Assembly (NCBI GenBank): GCA_032718475.1
Contig: JAUCBJ010006570.1
Span: forward strand, 1-64,000
Direction: 5' to 3'
Length of the DNA stretch: 64,000 nucleotides
Source: Nemertoderma westbladi
Lineage: Eukaryota > Animalia > Xenacoelomorpha
Made by a program: the position numbers and the translations under genes. A model generated the notes under the pieces. The model was not told where the DNA came from. It saw nothing but the letters and a program-made list of their open reading frames with translations, and did no database searches. How positions within the stretch are numbered: position 1 is the stretch's first letter; every line of letters begins with the position of its first letter. Below are positions 10,454 through 21,844 of the stretch, one piece after another.

Positions 10454-11636
10454 GTCGTCGTCGTTACGATTTTGACATGCTAATAACTTTGTTGGATTTA
10501 AAGCTGCCAAGTTGAAAATTTGTAGGTATCAATATGAGCAAAAGTTGAGATTTTTGAGAGACTTTCAGACACCATCAGTGCAATGGTCTCCCGCTAGAGG
10601 GCCACATGTCTAAACATTAAATGCCCTCCCATTTCTTTGCTTTTAATCCGTTTAAGCTGAAACTTGGCAGATATGTATTAGACCATTAGCTGTGACTTTC
10701 AAAGGAGGCGAATCTATCTGCAGTTCTCCAGTCTGCCGCTAGAGGGCCAAAGGTCTGAAAGTGAAATCGTTGTCGTCGTTACGATTTTGACATGCTAATA
10801 ACTTTGTCGGATTTAAAGCTGCCAAGTTGAAAATTTGTAGGTATCAATATGATCTAAAGTTGAGATTTTTGAGAGACTTTCAGACACTATCAGTGCAATG
10901 GTCTCCCGCTAGAGGGCCACATGTCTAAACATTAAATGCCCTCCCATTTCTTTGCTTTTAATCCGTTTAAGCTGAAACTTGGCAGATATGTATTAGACCA
11001 TTAGCTGTGACTTTCAAAGGAGGCGAATCCATCTGCAGTTCTCCAGTCTGCCGCTAGAGGGCCAAATGTCTGAAAGTGAAATCGTTGTCGTCGTTATGAT
11101 ATTGACATGCTTATAACTTTGTCGAATTTAAAGCTGCCAAGTTGAAAATTTGTTTTGTTGAAAATCAGTTCAACAGTCACCCGCTATAGGACTACTTTAT
11201 GCCTGAAAGTGAATAGATTCTCCCGTCTCATTGATTTTAATCAGTTTAAGCTGAATCTTGCCATATATTCTGGACCACATGCTGCGTCTTTGTGGGGGGG
11301 GGGGGGGGGGGGGGGAGATTTAATCGGTCTGCCGCTATACGACGAAATTTCTGAAAGTGAGATCCGTCTCTCATTTCGTTATCCGTTATTCAAGATGAAA
11401 CTTGGCCGATGTACGTATGTACTATTCATCCATAGGCTGTGTCTTTCTGAGGCTGGAGACCCTAATCCATCTTCAGTTCTCACTATACCGCTAGAGTCAG
11501 AAATGTCTGAATAGAAATGAAAGAGGTAAAAAGTGATTAGGCGAAATCTGCTTAAAATTTGCTAATACAGTAATACTTTCGAATTAGTACTTAAATTAAA
11601 TTTAAGTCACGTGCTGCGCGAAGGCCCCACTTCGTG
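10340..11636 (+). mobile_element. Helentron/DINE-like non-autonomous element with (CGT)n and 315-bp internal tandem repeats
   Basis: Starts GTGGGGCGAGCCACG...GAGCCTTAGCG, then a microsatellite; units at 10461, 10776 and 11091; ends CGTGCTGCGCGAAGGCCCCAC. Same ends as 49258-49572. Confidence 0.6.
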
Positions 11637-12329
11637 TTGTTATGTTATGGAGCACGCGTTGGTAGGCACAGGCAATGAATTGATGTCTGTTGAGATGTAT
11701 TGAAGGAGCACTATTCCTTCTACTGGACTACTATGTCCTTGTGTACTAGCCAAGGCACTGGCTTGGTCAAAGACTTTAGCTTGCAGTAATGTAAAACTTC
11801 AAGAAATATTATTGGGCACGGCTGCCCTTGCCATGCCTTAGGCTCTATGGGGGAGAATGGAATCAGCGTATGAATTTACAAAGTTAATTATGTTTAAATC
11901 AATTAAAAATACATTTATCAACGCAAATCACTTGAAAAAATAAAAAACTATAATGGAATGGGGTACATGGATTCCAGATATCTAATTTCTGTGCAAAATA
12001 ACTTTAATCGTATGGTGCTAAACAATTAATTTCCATGGAGAGACCGTTCAAAATGACTCAACCATACAATTTAGCTGAAGATATTAACTTCGATTATGGC
12101 TTCCGACATTTATGGCTTCCGACACACACACTGACACACACACACACACACACAGACTTTTGAAAAATGGCCATAGCATAATTATATCAGTTCGCTGATG
12201 GCTCGCCATACGTGTCTCGCCCCACATCCCGACGTTACTTTAGTAATAATATTAATATCATTGAATAACCCGATACCTAATGACTGCTGATACTATTGCT
12301 TAGTGTATGTAATAGGCTCGATTCATTGG

Positions 12330-14080
12330 GGCGAGTTCAACTTCATCCGGCCTGAGTTCATTGGCGTTTATTGGGGCTGCGTTTGCCTTCGTTTGGGCCG
12401 AGTTTCGTCTTCATCGGGTGGAGTTTATTGGAGCATCATCCTGACCGAGTTCGCCTTCATCCCGGTCGAGTTCGCCTTCATCCCGGCCGAGTTCGCCTTC
12501 ATCCAGGCCGAGTTCGCCTTCTTCCGGGCCGAGTTCGCCTTCATCCAGGAAGAGTTCGCCTTCATCCAGGAAGAGTTCGCCTTCATCCAGGCCGAATTCG
12601 CCTTCATCCGGGCCGAGTTTGCCTTCATCTAGGCCGAGTTCGCCTTCATCCGGGCCGAGTTCGCCTTCATCTAGGCCGAGTTCGCCTTCATCCTGGCCGA
12701 GTTCGCCTTCATCCGGGCCGAGTTCGGCTTCATCCAGTCCAAGTTCGCCTTCATCCGGGCCGAGTTCGCCTTCATCCGGGCCGAGTTCGCCTTCATCCGG
12801 GCCGAGTTCGCCTTCATCCAGGCCGAGTTCGAATTTATCTAGGCCAAGTTCGCCTTCATCCGGGCCGAGTTCGCCTTCATCCAGGCAGAGTTCGCCTTCA
12901 TCCGGACCGAGTTCGCCTTCATCCAGGCCGAGTTTGGCTTCATTCAGGCCAAGTTCGCCTGCATCGGGGTTGAGTTCTTTTTATCCAGGCAGAGTATGCC
13001 TTCATCCGGACCGAGTTCGTCTTCATCCAGGCCGAGTTCGGCTTCATCCTGACCGTGTTCGCCTGCATCGGGGCTGAATTCGCCTTCATCCAGGCCGAGT
13101 TGCCTTCATCCGGGCCGAGTTCGCCTTCATCCAGGCCGAGTTAGACTACATCCAGGCCAAGTTCGCCTTAATCCAGGCCGAGTTCGCCTCCATCCATGCC
13201 AAGTTCGCCTTCATCTACGCCGAGTTCGCCTGCATCGGGGCTGAGTTCGCCTTCATCCATGCCCAGTTCGCCTTCATCCCGACCAAGTTCGCCTGCATCG
13301 AGGCTGAGTTCGTCTTCATCCAGGCCGAGTTCGACTTCATCCAGGCAGAGTTCGCCTTCATCCATGCCGAGTTCGCCTGCGACGGGGCTGAGTTCGCCTT
13401 CATCCAGGCCGAGTTCGACTTTATGATGACCGAGTTCGCCTTCATCCGGGCCAAGTTCGCCTTTATCATGACCGAGTTCGCCTGCATCGGGGCTGAGTTC
13501 GCCTTCATCCAGGCCGAGTTCGACTTTATGATGACCGAGTTCACCTTCGTCCGGGCCGAGTACGCCTTTATCATGACCGAGTTCGCCTGCATCGGGGCTG
13601 AGTTCGCCTTCATCCATGCCGAGTTCGCCTTCATCCTGACAAAGTTCGCCTGCATCGAGGCTGAGTTCGCCTTCATCCAGGCCGAGTTCGACTTCATCCA
13701 GGCAGAGTTCGCCTTCATCCATGCCGAGTTTGCCTGCGACGGGGCTGAGTTCGCCTTCATCCAGGCCGAGTTCGACTTTATGATGACCGAGTTCGCCTTC
13801 ATCCGGGCCAAGTTCGCCTTTATCATGACCGAGTTCGCCTGCATCGGGGCTGAGTTCGCCTTCATCCAGGCCGAGTTCGCCTCCATCTAGGCCGAGTTAG
13901 CCTTCATCCGGGCCGAGTTCGCATTCATCCAGGAAGAGTTCGCCTTCATCCAGGCCGAGTTCGCCTTCATCTTGGCCGAGTTCGCCTTCATCCTGGCCGA
14001 GTTTGCCTTCATCTTGGCAGAGTTCGCCTTCATCCTGGCCGAGTTTGCCTTCATCCGGACCGAGTTCGCCTTCATCCTGT
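12330..14080. repeat. 21-bp satellite (GCCGAGTTCGCCTTCATCCAG), ~80 copies
   Basis: Directly visible; the 7-aa periodic ORFs on both strands are by-products of the unit length. Confidence 0.95.
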
Positions 14081-14522
14081 CCACACTGAGTCGGGTCCCC
14101 TTGTCCACACTGAGTAGGAACCCCTTGCCACTGAGTCTAACAGAATAATAACTATTTAAATTATTATTAACTATTATTTAAATTTCCCTCCATCTAATAG
14201 AGGTTTTAATCGGATGAGAGTGATGGTGATTTGTCGAGCTGTGATCGTTGTATGTAAGTGTTGACCCATTACGTAGGTTGTAAGTATGTACCTGTACCCA
14301 ATGGATGCTATTTTAACACAAAATATATAGTAAATATTAAATGTGAGTAAAATTAAAAAGTTAAGATAACCGTACAAAAGGAAACGTGTCATATAGTTAT
14401 ACTAAATGAACGCGTAAACGGACATAGACATACAATCCGAAATTACTCCTTAAGTCTAACGATGTCAAATTACACGAAGATATTCTCCTTGCAAAACACA
14501 TTTATGAATGTGGCCTCCGGCG

Positions 14523-15388
14523 TATGAAGCGCCGTTTACGCCAAAACTATCTGAATAAATATTATACTCAAGATGTGTCAATAAAAAATATTATACTTAA
14601 GATGTATCTAAATTCTCGGCCGAGATTCTCGGCCGAGTTTTTCTCGGCCGAGATCTCGGCCGAGTTTTCTCGGCCGAGAAAGTATTAAAATATGAAACGG
14701 CGGGAAATTTAAAATGGCGTTGTATTTGCAATAATTACAGTATTTACAGCAGTACAGTACATAAGCCTGCATCCTATTGCTACCGTTTCACTTCACTATC
14801 CTACACGTGTGCAGCTATGCCTATGGCTGTATGGCTGATGCCAATGTAGAACTGGTTGGAGGTATCAGCGGTGGGAGGCCTCGTTACGAAATTACGGAGA
14901 GGCAGTTGCACTATTTACAGAATATTGGATTCTCTCGAAGAGATACGGCACGCATTTTGGATGTTAGCGAACGAACTATTTCAAGGCGTTGTAAACAATA
15001 TGGACTGAATAATAATAAATACTCTGATATAGATAATGTCAACCTTTATAAAGCTATACGACATATATTGAGCAATATTTCCCGCTGTTACAACTTTTAA
15101 GATTATAAATTCTCGGCCGAGAAAAACTCGGCCGAGAATCTCGGCCGAGATCTCGGCCGAGAAAAACTCGGCAGAGAAAACTCGGCCGAGATCTCGGCCG
15201 AGAAAAACTCGGCAGAGAAAACTCGGCCGAGATCTCGGCCGAGATCTCGGCCGAGAAAAACTCGGCAGAGAAAACTCGGCCGAGATCTCGGCCGAGAATT
15301 TAGATACATCTTAAGTATAATATTTTTTATTGACACATCTTGAGTATAATATTTATTCAGATAGTTTTGGCGTAAACGGCGCTTCATA
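14523..15388 (+). mobile_element. IS3EU-like non-autonomous DNA transposon retaining an HTH fragment
   Basis: ~100-bp TIRs TATGAAGCGCCGTTTACGCC/GGCGTAAACGGCGCTTCATA; 6-bp TSD CCGGCG; CTCGGCCGAG arrays; internal GRPRYEITERQLHYL...TARILDVSERTISRR HTH. Confidence 0.75.
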
Positions 15389-16221
15389 CCGGCGCTTTCT
15401 TAAATTACGCATCAGTAATGGAACTACTAGCAGCGGAAGCTAATATCATTAACCATCCCATTATAAACCCCCACTTAACATAGTCAAACCAACAATCTAG
15501 ATACGTAATAAATACCAACCCCAAACGAAACGAAATTACATTAATATGGCTCGCCCCATGGCTACTGTTATATTTGTGCAACTTATATGGTTTATTAACT
15601 AATTAACTATATATCGTAATTAAGAGTCCATATCATTCCATTTCATTCACCATTAATATGACGTTTATTTCGTAATGGACCCATACATAATTATATACTT
15701 ATGGCAATACCATTCATTACTATAATTCGCCGAATATTTACCGACGAAATACAGAACTGTCGATTATAGCTTTATGGCGACCTTGTCAATAGAAGAGACA
15801 TGGTTGTAAACTTGAATCAAGGCCATCTCGGCTAATTAATATCTATTTTTAATGTTAAATTATCAATTAAGGGAAAGGAGCAGGTTACAGTGGCACGTTA
15901 TTCTAACCAAAACAATAAACTAAAGTCAATAAAACAGGTTACAGTTTTATTTTTGGGAGTAATCAGCTGTTATTTGGGTCGAATTCCACCTACTGTAGAG
16001 ATGGATCCACGCACAGTAAATTATATATACGACTAGGGCTGGGCTAGCTCTATTATCAAATCATAAATTAATACAATAGGAACAAAACTTTAATTTAGCA
16101 TTTTCCTGTCTAACAAAGAAAATTAATTAGTAATAAATTCTATAGCAAATTCAAGTTAGCAAACCACCTTACAGTTTCAGAGCATTAACTTGACTTAATT
16201 AAATATTATTGGTCTGTTTAC

Positions 16222-17304
16222 TACGGTGGCCCAGAACGGCCAAGCAACTTTTTAAATATAAAGTGTTATTTTTAGTGTGAAAATGATCTTTTCAGTGTGA
16301 AAATGATCTTTTCATTGTGAAAGTGTAAATCTGAAAGTGCGAAAGTGTAAATTTGAAAGTGCGAAAGTGTAAATTTGAAAGTGCGAAAGTGTAAATTTGA
16401 AAGTGAGAAAGTGTAAATTTTAAAGTGAGAAAGTGTAAATTTGAAAGTGAGAAAGTGTAAATTTGAAAGTGAGAAAGTGTAAATTTGAAAGTGCGAAAGT
16501 GTAAATTTGTAAGTGAGAAAGTGTAAATTTGAAAGTGAGAAAGTGTAAATTTGAAAGTGAGAAAGTGTAAATTTGAAAGTGCGAAAGTGTAAATTTGTAA
16601 GTGAGAAAGTGTAAATTTGAAAGTGAGAAAGTGTAAATTTGAAAGTGAGAAAGTGTAAATTTGAAAGTGCGAAAGTGTAAATTTGTAAGTGAGAAAGTGT
16701 AAATTTGAGAGTTAGAAAGTACATACATAACAGTACACTGAGTACAGTCTGACAGTACCGTTTTGCTAAAGAACGTTTCTGCTGCCACAGCTCTGACAGA
16801 CTGACTGCACCACACAGTGCGCCCAGGGCCAAAGGCCAGCAGACTACATGATGATATGACAAAGCAAATACTGATACCTGTATACATACCAGCGCCAGTG
16901 GGGGATAGCTGGAGCAGCTTAGTCCAGTACTGCAGCAGTCGATTTACCGAACAGCACAACAGTCAGACAGGGCATGGTCGATCACTAGTCCAGCAGTCTA
17001 AATTTAAAAATCCCACCATGTTTCTAGCTTTCAAATTTACACTTTCAAATTTACACTTTCGCACTTTCAAATTTACACTTTCGCACTTTCAAATTTACAC
17101 TTTCCCACTTTCAAATTTACACTTTCCCACTTTCAAATTTACACTTTCAAATTTACACTTTCGCACTTTCAAATTTACACTTTCGCACTTTCAAATTTAC
17201 ACTTTCACAATGAAAAGATCATTTTCACACTGAAAAGAACACTTTAGCACTGAATAGTACACTTTCACATTTAAAAAGTTTCTTGGCCGTTCTGGGCCAC
17301 CGTA
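16222..17304. mobile_element. IS3EU-like MITE with inverted 22-bp arrays
   Basis: TIR TACGGTGGCCCAGAACGGCCAAG/CTTGGCCGTTCTGGGCCACCGTA; 6-bp TSD GTTTAC; unit GAAAGTGTAAATTTGAAAGTG(A/C). Confidence 0.85.
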
Positions 17305-17352
17305 GTTTACATAAACTGTGTATCTGAAACATTTCAGACAGAGAGTTCCCAC

Positions 17353-18063
17353 TCAGATACAACATGTTTCTGCGTTTCTACCTAGTTTAGATCTTTCAGA
17401 CCAAAGCGGGAACTTATTATACCGCGCAGATTTTAGGTATTCACTGATCCCCGGTAGCGTTTCGAAATTCCTCATAAAGTCTGACACAGATTTACTTTCG
17501 TCTAAAATCCCGGGGAACAGTATCCTCCAGTGGTCCATAATCTCGAACATAAGGAAGTCAACGTAAGTTAATCTGTCCCCAACGAGCCATAAACCCTCGG
17601 TTTTATCAATTTTATGAGAAAATTCTTGGATTTTATTTTTATATTCCAACTGAAACTGATCCATGATCTCTTTAGTTACTTGGTGGTTGTAACACAACGC
17701 GGTGGTTCTATTTATCTGATCGTGTAATTCCTCTCTGTAGAGATCGGCATCTAAGACCTCGGAGTCAGTAATCGGGTTGACTCCGTGTTTCCTTCCGAGA
17801 TATTGTAGGATCGCCATAGTTTGCGTTAACTTCACTTCATCGTCCTCGTAGTAAGGGAGATTGGGGAAGTCGTAACCTTTAAGGATAGCGTGTTTCGTTC
17901 TGTACCACTCGAGTTTATCGAACTTGGGCGGAGGCCCGCACTTCGGCGTAATGAAAACGTATTCGACCCCTGCGTATTCTAGAATGAGTTTTATAGGATG
18001 GACCAATCCGCGTGCGTTCCAGTAACCGATCTTTGTGATTGAATGTTCTGTATCACTGCTCAT
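17353..18063 (-). CDS. GSTM: Glutathione S-transferase, mu class (single exon)
   Basis: IGYWNARGL, mu loop GPPPKFDKLEW, DFPNLPYY..KLTQTMAILQYLGRK and WLVGDRLTYVDF motifs. Confidence 0.92.
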   Translation of the reverse strand: MSSDTEHSITKIGYWNARGLVHPIKLILEYAGVEYVFITPKCGPPPKFDKLEWYRTKHAILKGYDFPNLPYYEDDEVKLTQTMAILQYLGRKHGVNPITDSEVLDADLYREELHDQINRTTALCYNHQVTKEIMDQFQLEYKNKIQEFSHKIDKTEGLWLVGDRLTYVDFLMFEIMDHWRILFPGILDESKSVSDFMRNFETLPGISEYLKSARYNKFPLWSERSKLGRNAETCCI

Positions 18064-18309
18064 GTTGTGATGATTATGAATAGGCCTAGTGAATTTAAAT
18101 CACAACAAAAATTGATCTAAACGTTGCCTGGTTGTACTAAATGCAGAAATAAATAATTATTGCGGTAGGAAGTTGTAGATAAATAATATTAAACTAAGTC
18201 TCTAAGGCCGACTATTACTGTACAAATACAGGTGTTCAACTGTAGGCGTGCTTGCCAAACGCCTACAAACTGTAGCCGGTGTACAAGGCTAAGATAATTC
18301 CCTCTTAAA

Positions 18310-18700
18310 ATGACTCCCCCAGTCATCTCAGCCTAGGCTGAGAACACTCCTCAGTCGTCCAGGCCTAGGCTGAGGAAACTCCCCAGTTATTTCAGCCTAG
18401 GCTGAGAACACTCCCCAGTTATCTCAGCCTAGGCTGAGAACACTCCCCAGTTATCTCAGCCTAGGCTGAGAACACTCCCCAGTTATCTCAGCATAGGTTG
18501 AGATGACTCCCCTAATTGAGTTATAATTCATATCCGTTACTGTGTTATTTGCGTATATTGCAAAAATAAAACTGTAACCTATGTTATTGAGTTATCGTTT
18601 TGGTTAGAAAAGCCCGTCACTGTAACCTGCTCCTTTCCGTTTTAAGAAATATAGGGAGGAGAAAACTGGGGAGTGTTCTCAGCCTAGGCTGAGATGACTA
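18310..18700. repeat. MITE-like element with ~30-bp repeats built on the palindrome CTCAGCCTAGGCTGAG
   Basis: About six units at 18320-18510 and an inverted unit at ~18665-18700. Confidence 0.7.
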
Positions 18701-19167
18701 GAGTATAACATTATAACAAACTATAAACTGTATCCTATCCTGCAGGAAGCTGGGTAAATGTCGTTTCTGTTTCGGACTGTATTTAATACGGTAGCTAATA
18801 TTGCATATGTTAGGATTGCCCTGCACCCTCCATTATCATGAATACAAAAAACTGATGATATAAAATGCAGCATTAGATTTATAGTACTCTGTGTGGAAGT
18901 CCATGATGGGTCCCACCAGGTGTGGACATCAAACTTCTGTGCGGCGCATACACAAGAATGTTATACTGGGTTCATTGTGTCTAAACACAATGCACACATC
19001 TCCAACCACATCCTATACAGCTGGTTTCATTAACAGGGCATTATTCTCGCCGTGCACGAACCCGTGAACGATGATATACAATCGGCCTGCTGTGATTGCA
19101 GATGCACATTGAGATGCTATGATGGCTTTTCAAAAATATTTTTGATACGACCATGCAATCCACAATT

Positions 19168-20458
19168 GGCATGTTCCAATGCAGCGTGCATTAAGAATGC
19201 TATGCCGGCTTATCGACAAAATTGCGCCGCCACAACTACCATGACTTTCGCGAGATTTTCCACATCTTCAAGGACAGTTTCTTTTAAGAGGCGTGGGCTG
19301 TCCATCATGCTTATTTCCTCCATAGGGCTACCAAAGCACAATAAGAGATTGTGCACAGGCTGGTCCTCACGGCGAAAGCAATGTCCTGCAAAGCGGAGAC
19401 GGCTTTGTTCAAGTGTCAAGCATGGGAGGCCCATTGAGTTAAGACACCTCCAATGTTATCTGGTTGGAGATGTGTGCATTGTACTTGACACAGTGAACCC
19501 GACGTAGCATTATTGTGTATGTGCCATCCAGAGATTTTGTGTCCTCGGCAGTTAGAGCCCAGCATGGATTCCCATTGAGGAGTACTGGAACTACTACTGC
19601 TCTAAAAAATCAGACCTTAAGTTTCCGACGGATTCTTTGTGACTTTCAAATCCTGGAAAGCCCATTCAAGGCTGCCCATGCCTTTCTTTCCCTTACGTAT
19701 TCGAAGGTCCTCGTCTGATTTCCGGATCCATGATCCCAGGTAACAGAAGCCGTCCACATGCTCAAGCATACCATCATTTGCGCTTATGCTCGTCCGGTCA
19801 GAGACTTGCGGAGGTCTTTAAAGTTAACTGTCAAAATGTTGGTCTTCTTAAGTTAGGGTTAACAAAACGACCAACACTACTGTAGAACCAACACTGCTCT
19901 AATGAGCTTACGAGCCTTTTGGCTCCTTCTAGTGATTCTGCTAGTACTCTTAGGTCATAAGCAAAGTCTAGATCAGTTAGGTACTTGGCAAGATTTCCTC
20001 GACTTCTGGAGCCAATAGGTTGAGTTACCATCATCCTAATCATCATTATGATGATCTAAGGACATGCGTAGAACATAGTCAACCACAATTATGAAAATAA
20101 GAATGGTGCAAGTGTGTCTCCCTGGAGGATTCCCGATAAAACTTAAAATGGATCTTTGTCACCATCAATATGGTGGACACAAATGTTATCGAACCACCGT
20201 ATAGTGATCTGATTGCTGCAATCAATTCATCAGGAATTCTATATATATAATGAAGTTATGCTGAACATAAGTGAGCGAGAGACTGAATCAAAAGCCTTGA
20301 AGAAGTCAACAAAGATAACAGCCAGGTGCCTGTCTTTCTTTATTGATAACTCTTCAATTATCCTTCTAAGTCTCAGAATGGGATCCATGGTCCCACGACG
20401 ACCTTTACGGATGGGGTAAATTAGTTCCAAATACTCTGGTATTTTAAAAACCTAAGCG
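19168..20458 (-). mobile_element. Old degenerate RTE-A LINE copy (continues beyond 24478)
   Basis: Frameshifted homolog of 20624-21613, plus upstream RT motifs LRRIIEE...AVIFVDFFKAFDSV. Confidence 0.8.
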
Positions 20459-20587
20459 GGGACACCTAGGGATGTGAGTCCGGAAATGTTAGGAAATTTT
20501 GGAAAATTCCCAGATATTTTTCTGGAAACTTCCTATTTTATTAATTTATTATTAATAAATTTTTTTTATTAATTTATTATATAATAA

Positions 20588-21675
20588 CTACTAGGATCGG
20601 CATGCTGCATTGCAGCTGCATTTTTAAGAATGCTGTGCCGGCTTGTCAACAAAATTGCACCGCCACAACTCCCTATCACCCATGACATTTGCTAGATCAT
20701 CCGCATCTTTAAGGCCAGTGTCCTTTAAGATGCGTCTCAAGAAAGTCATGGGCTGTCCACCATGCTTATTCACTCCATGAGGCTGCCAAAGTACAAGATT
20801 ATGCACTGGCTGGTCCTCACGGCGAAAGCAATGTCCTGCAAAACGGAGGCGATTTTGTTCTAGTGTCAAGCTTGGGTGAACCAATGAGACACCTCCAATG
20901 TTATATAGTGTCTGGTTGGAGATGTGTGCATTGTACTTGACACAATGAACCCGGCGTAGCATTCTTGTGAATGTGCCATCCAGAGATTTGGTGTCCTCAG
21001 CAGTTAGAGCCCAGCATGGACTCCCGTAGAGGAGTACTGGAACTACTGCTGCTCTAAATAATCGGACCTTAAGTTTCCGATTAATTCTCGGTGATTTCCA
21101 AATCCTGGAAAGCCTATTCAAGGCTGTCCATGCCTTTCCCTTACGTATTCGAAGGTCCTCACCTGACTTCCGGATCCATGATCCCAGGTAACAGAAGTCG
21201 TCCACATGCTCAAGCATACCATCCTTTGAGCTTATGCTCATCCGATCAGAGACTTGCTGAGGACTTTCAAAGTTAACAGTCAGAATTTTGGTCTTTCTGG
21301 AGTTAATAAAAAGACCAACACTAGAAGCAGCATGTTCTAATGAGCTGATGAGCCGTTGGGCTCCCTCTAATGATTCTGAGAGTACTCCTAAGTCATCAGC
21401 AAAGTCTAGATCAGTTAGGTACTTGGCAGGATTTCCTCGACTTCTGGAGCCAGTAGGTGGAGTTATCATCACCCCATCATCATTATGATGATCTAAGGAC
21501 ATGCGTAGAACATAATCAACCACAATAATGAACAAGAATGGTGCAAGTGTGTCTCCTTGGAGGACGCCCCATAACACTTCAAATGGTTCTGTGTCACCGT
21601 CAACAGTAGACACAAATATTGTCGAACCATCGTATACTGATCTGATTGCTGCAATAATTTCATCAGGAATCCCAT
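20588..21675 (-). mobile_element. 5'-truncated RTE-A LINE (RT C-terminal half, ORF 20624-21613)
   Basis: GVLQGDTLAPFLF, LDFADD, FCYLGS, LRFAGHCFR; short 3' UTR ending in TAG repeats. Confidence 0.92.
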
Positions 21676-21844
21676 ATAATGGAAGTATGCAATGTAATGA
21701 AAAGAATTATATAATAAAGTTTGCTTTTAATAGTAAATATTTACAGAAATATCATCTATTAATTAATTATTGCATATAATACTGTAGTAATAATAATTTT
21801 TGAACTAAAATTGTGATTGTAACTTCGTGTTTTGTCAATTTCAT

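Noticed and set aside
12303-14108. Periodic ORFs (GRVRLHP, MKANSAW, PSSPSS)
   Set aside because: A 21-bp unit is a multiple of three, so frames stay open on both strands; no flanking gene structure.
16272-17233. FTLSHFQIY-repeat ORFs
   Set aside because: Translations of the 22-bp arrays inside a MITE.
18890-19030. Possible exon (HNAHISNHILY) on the + strand
   Set aside because: Resembles RTE-A (YNAHISNQTLY) in inverted orientation; a decayed LINE scrap.
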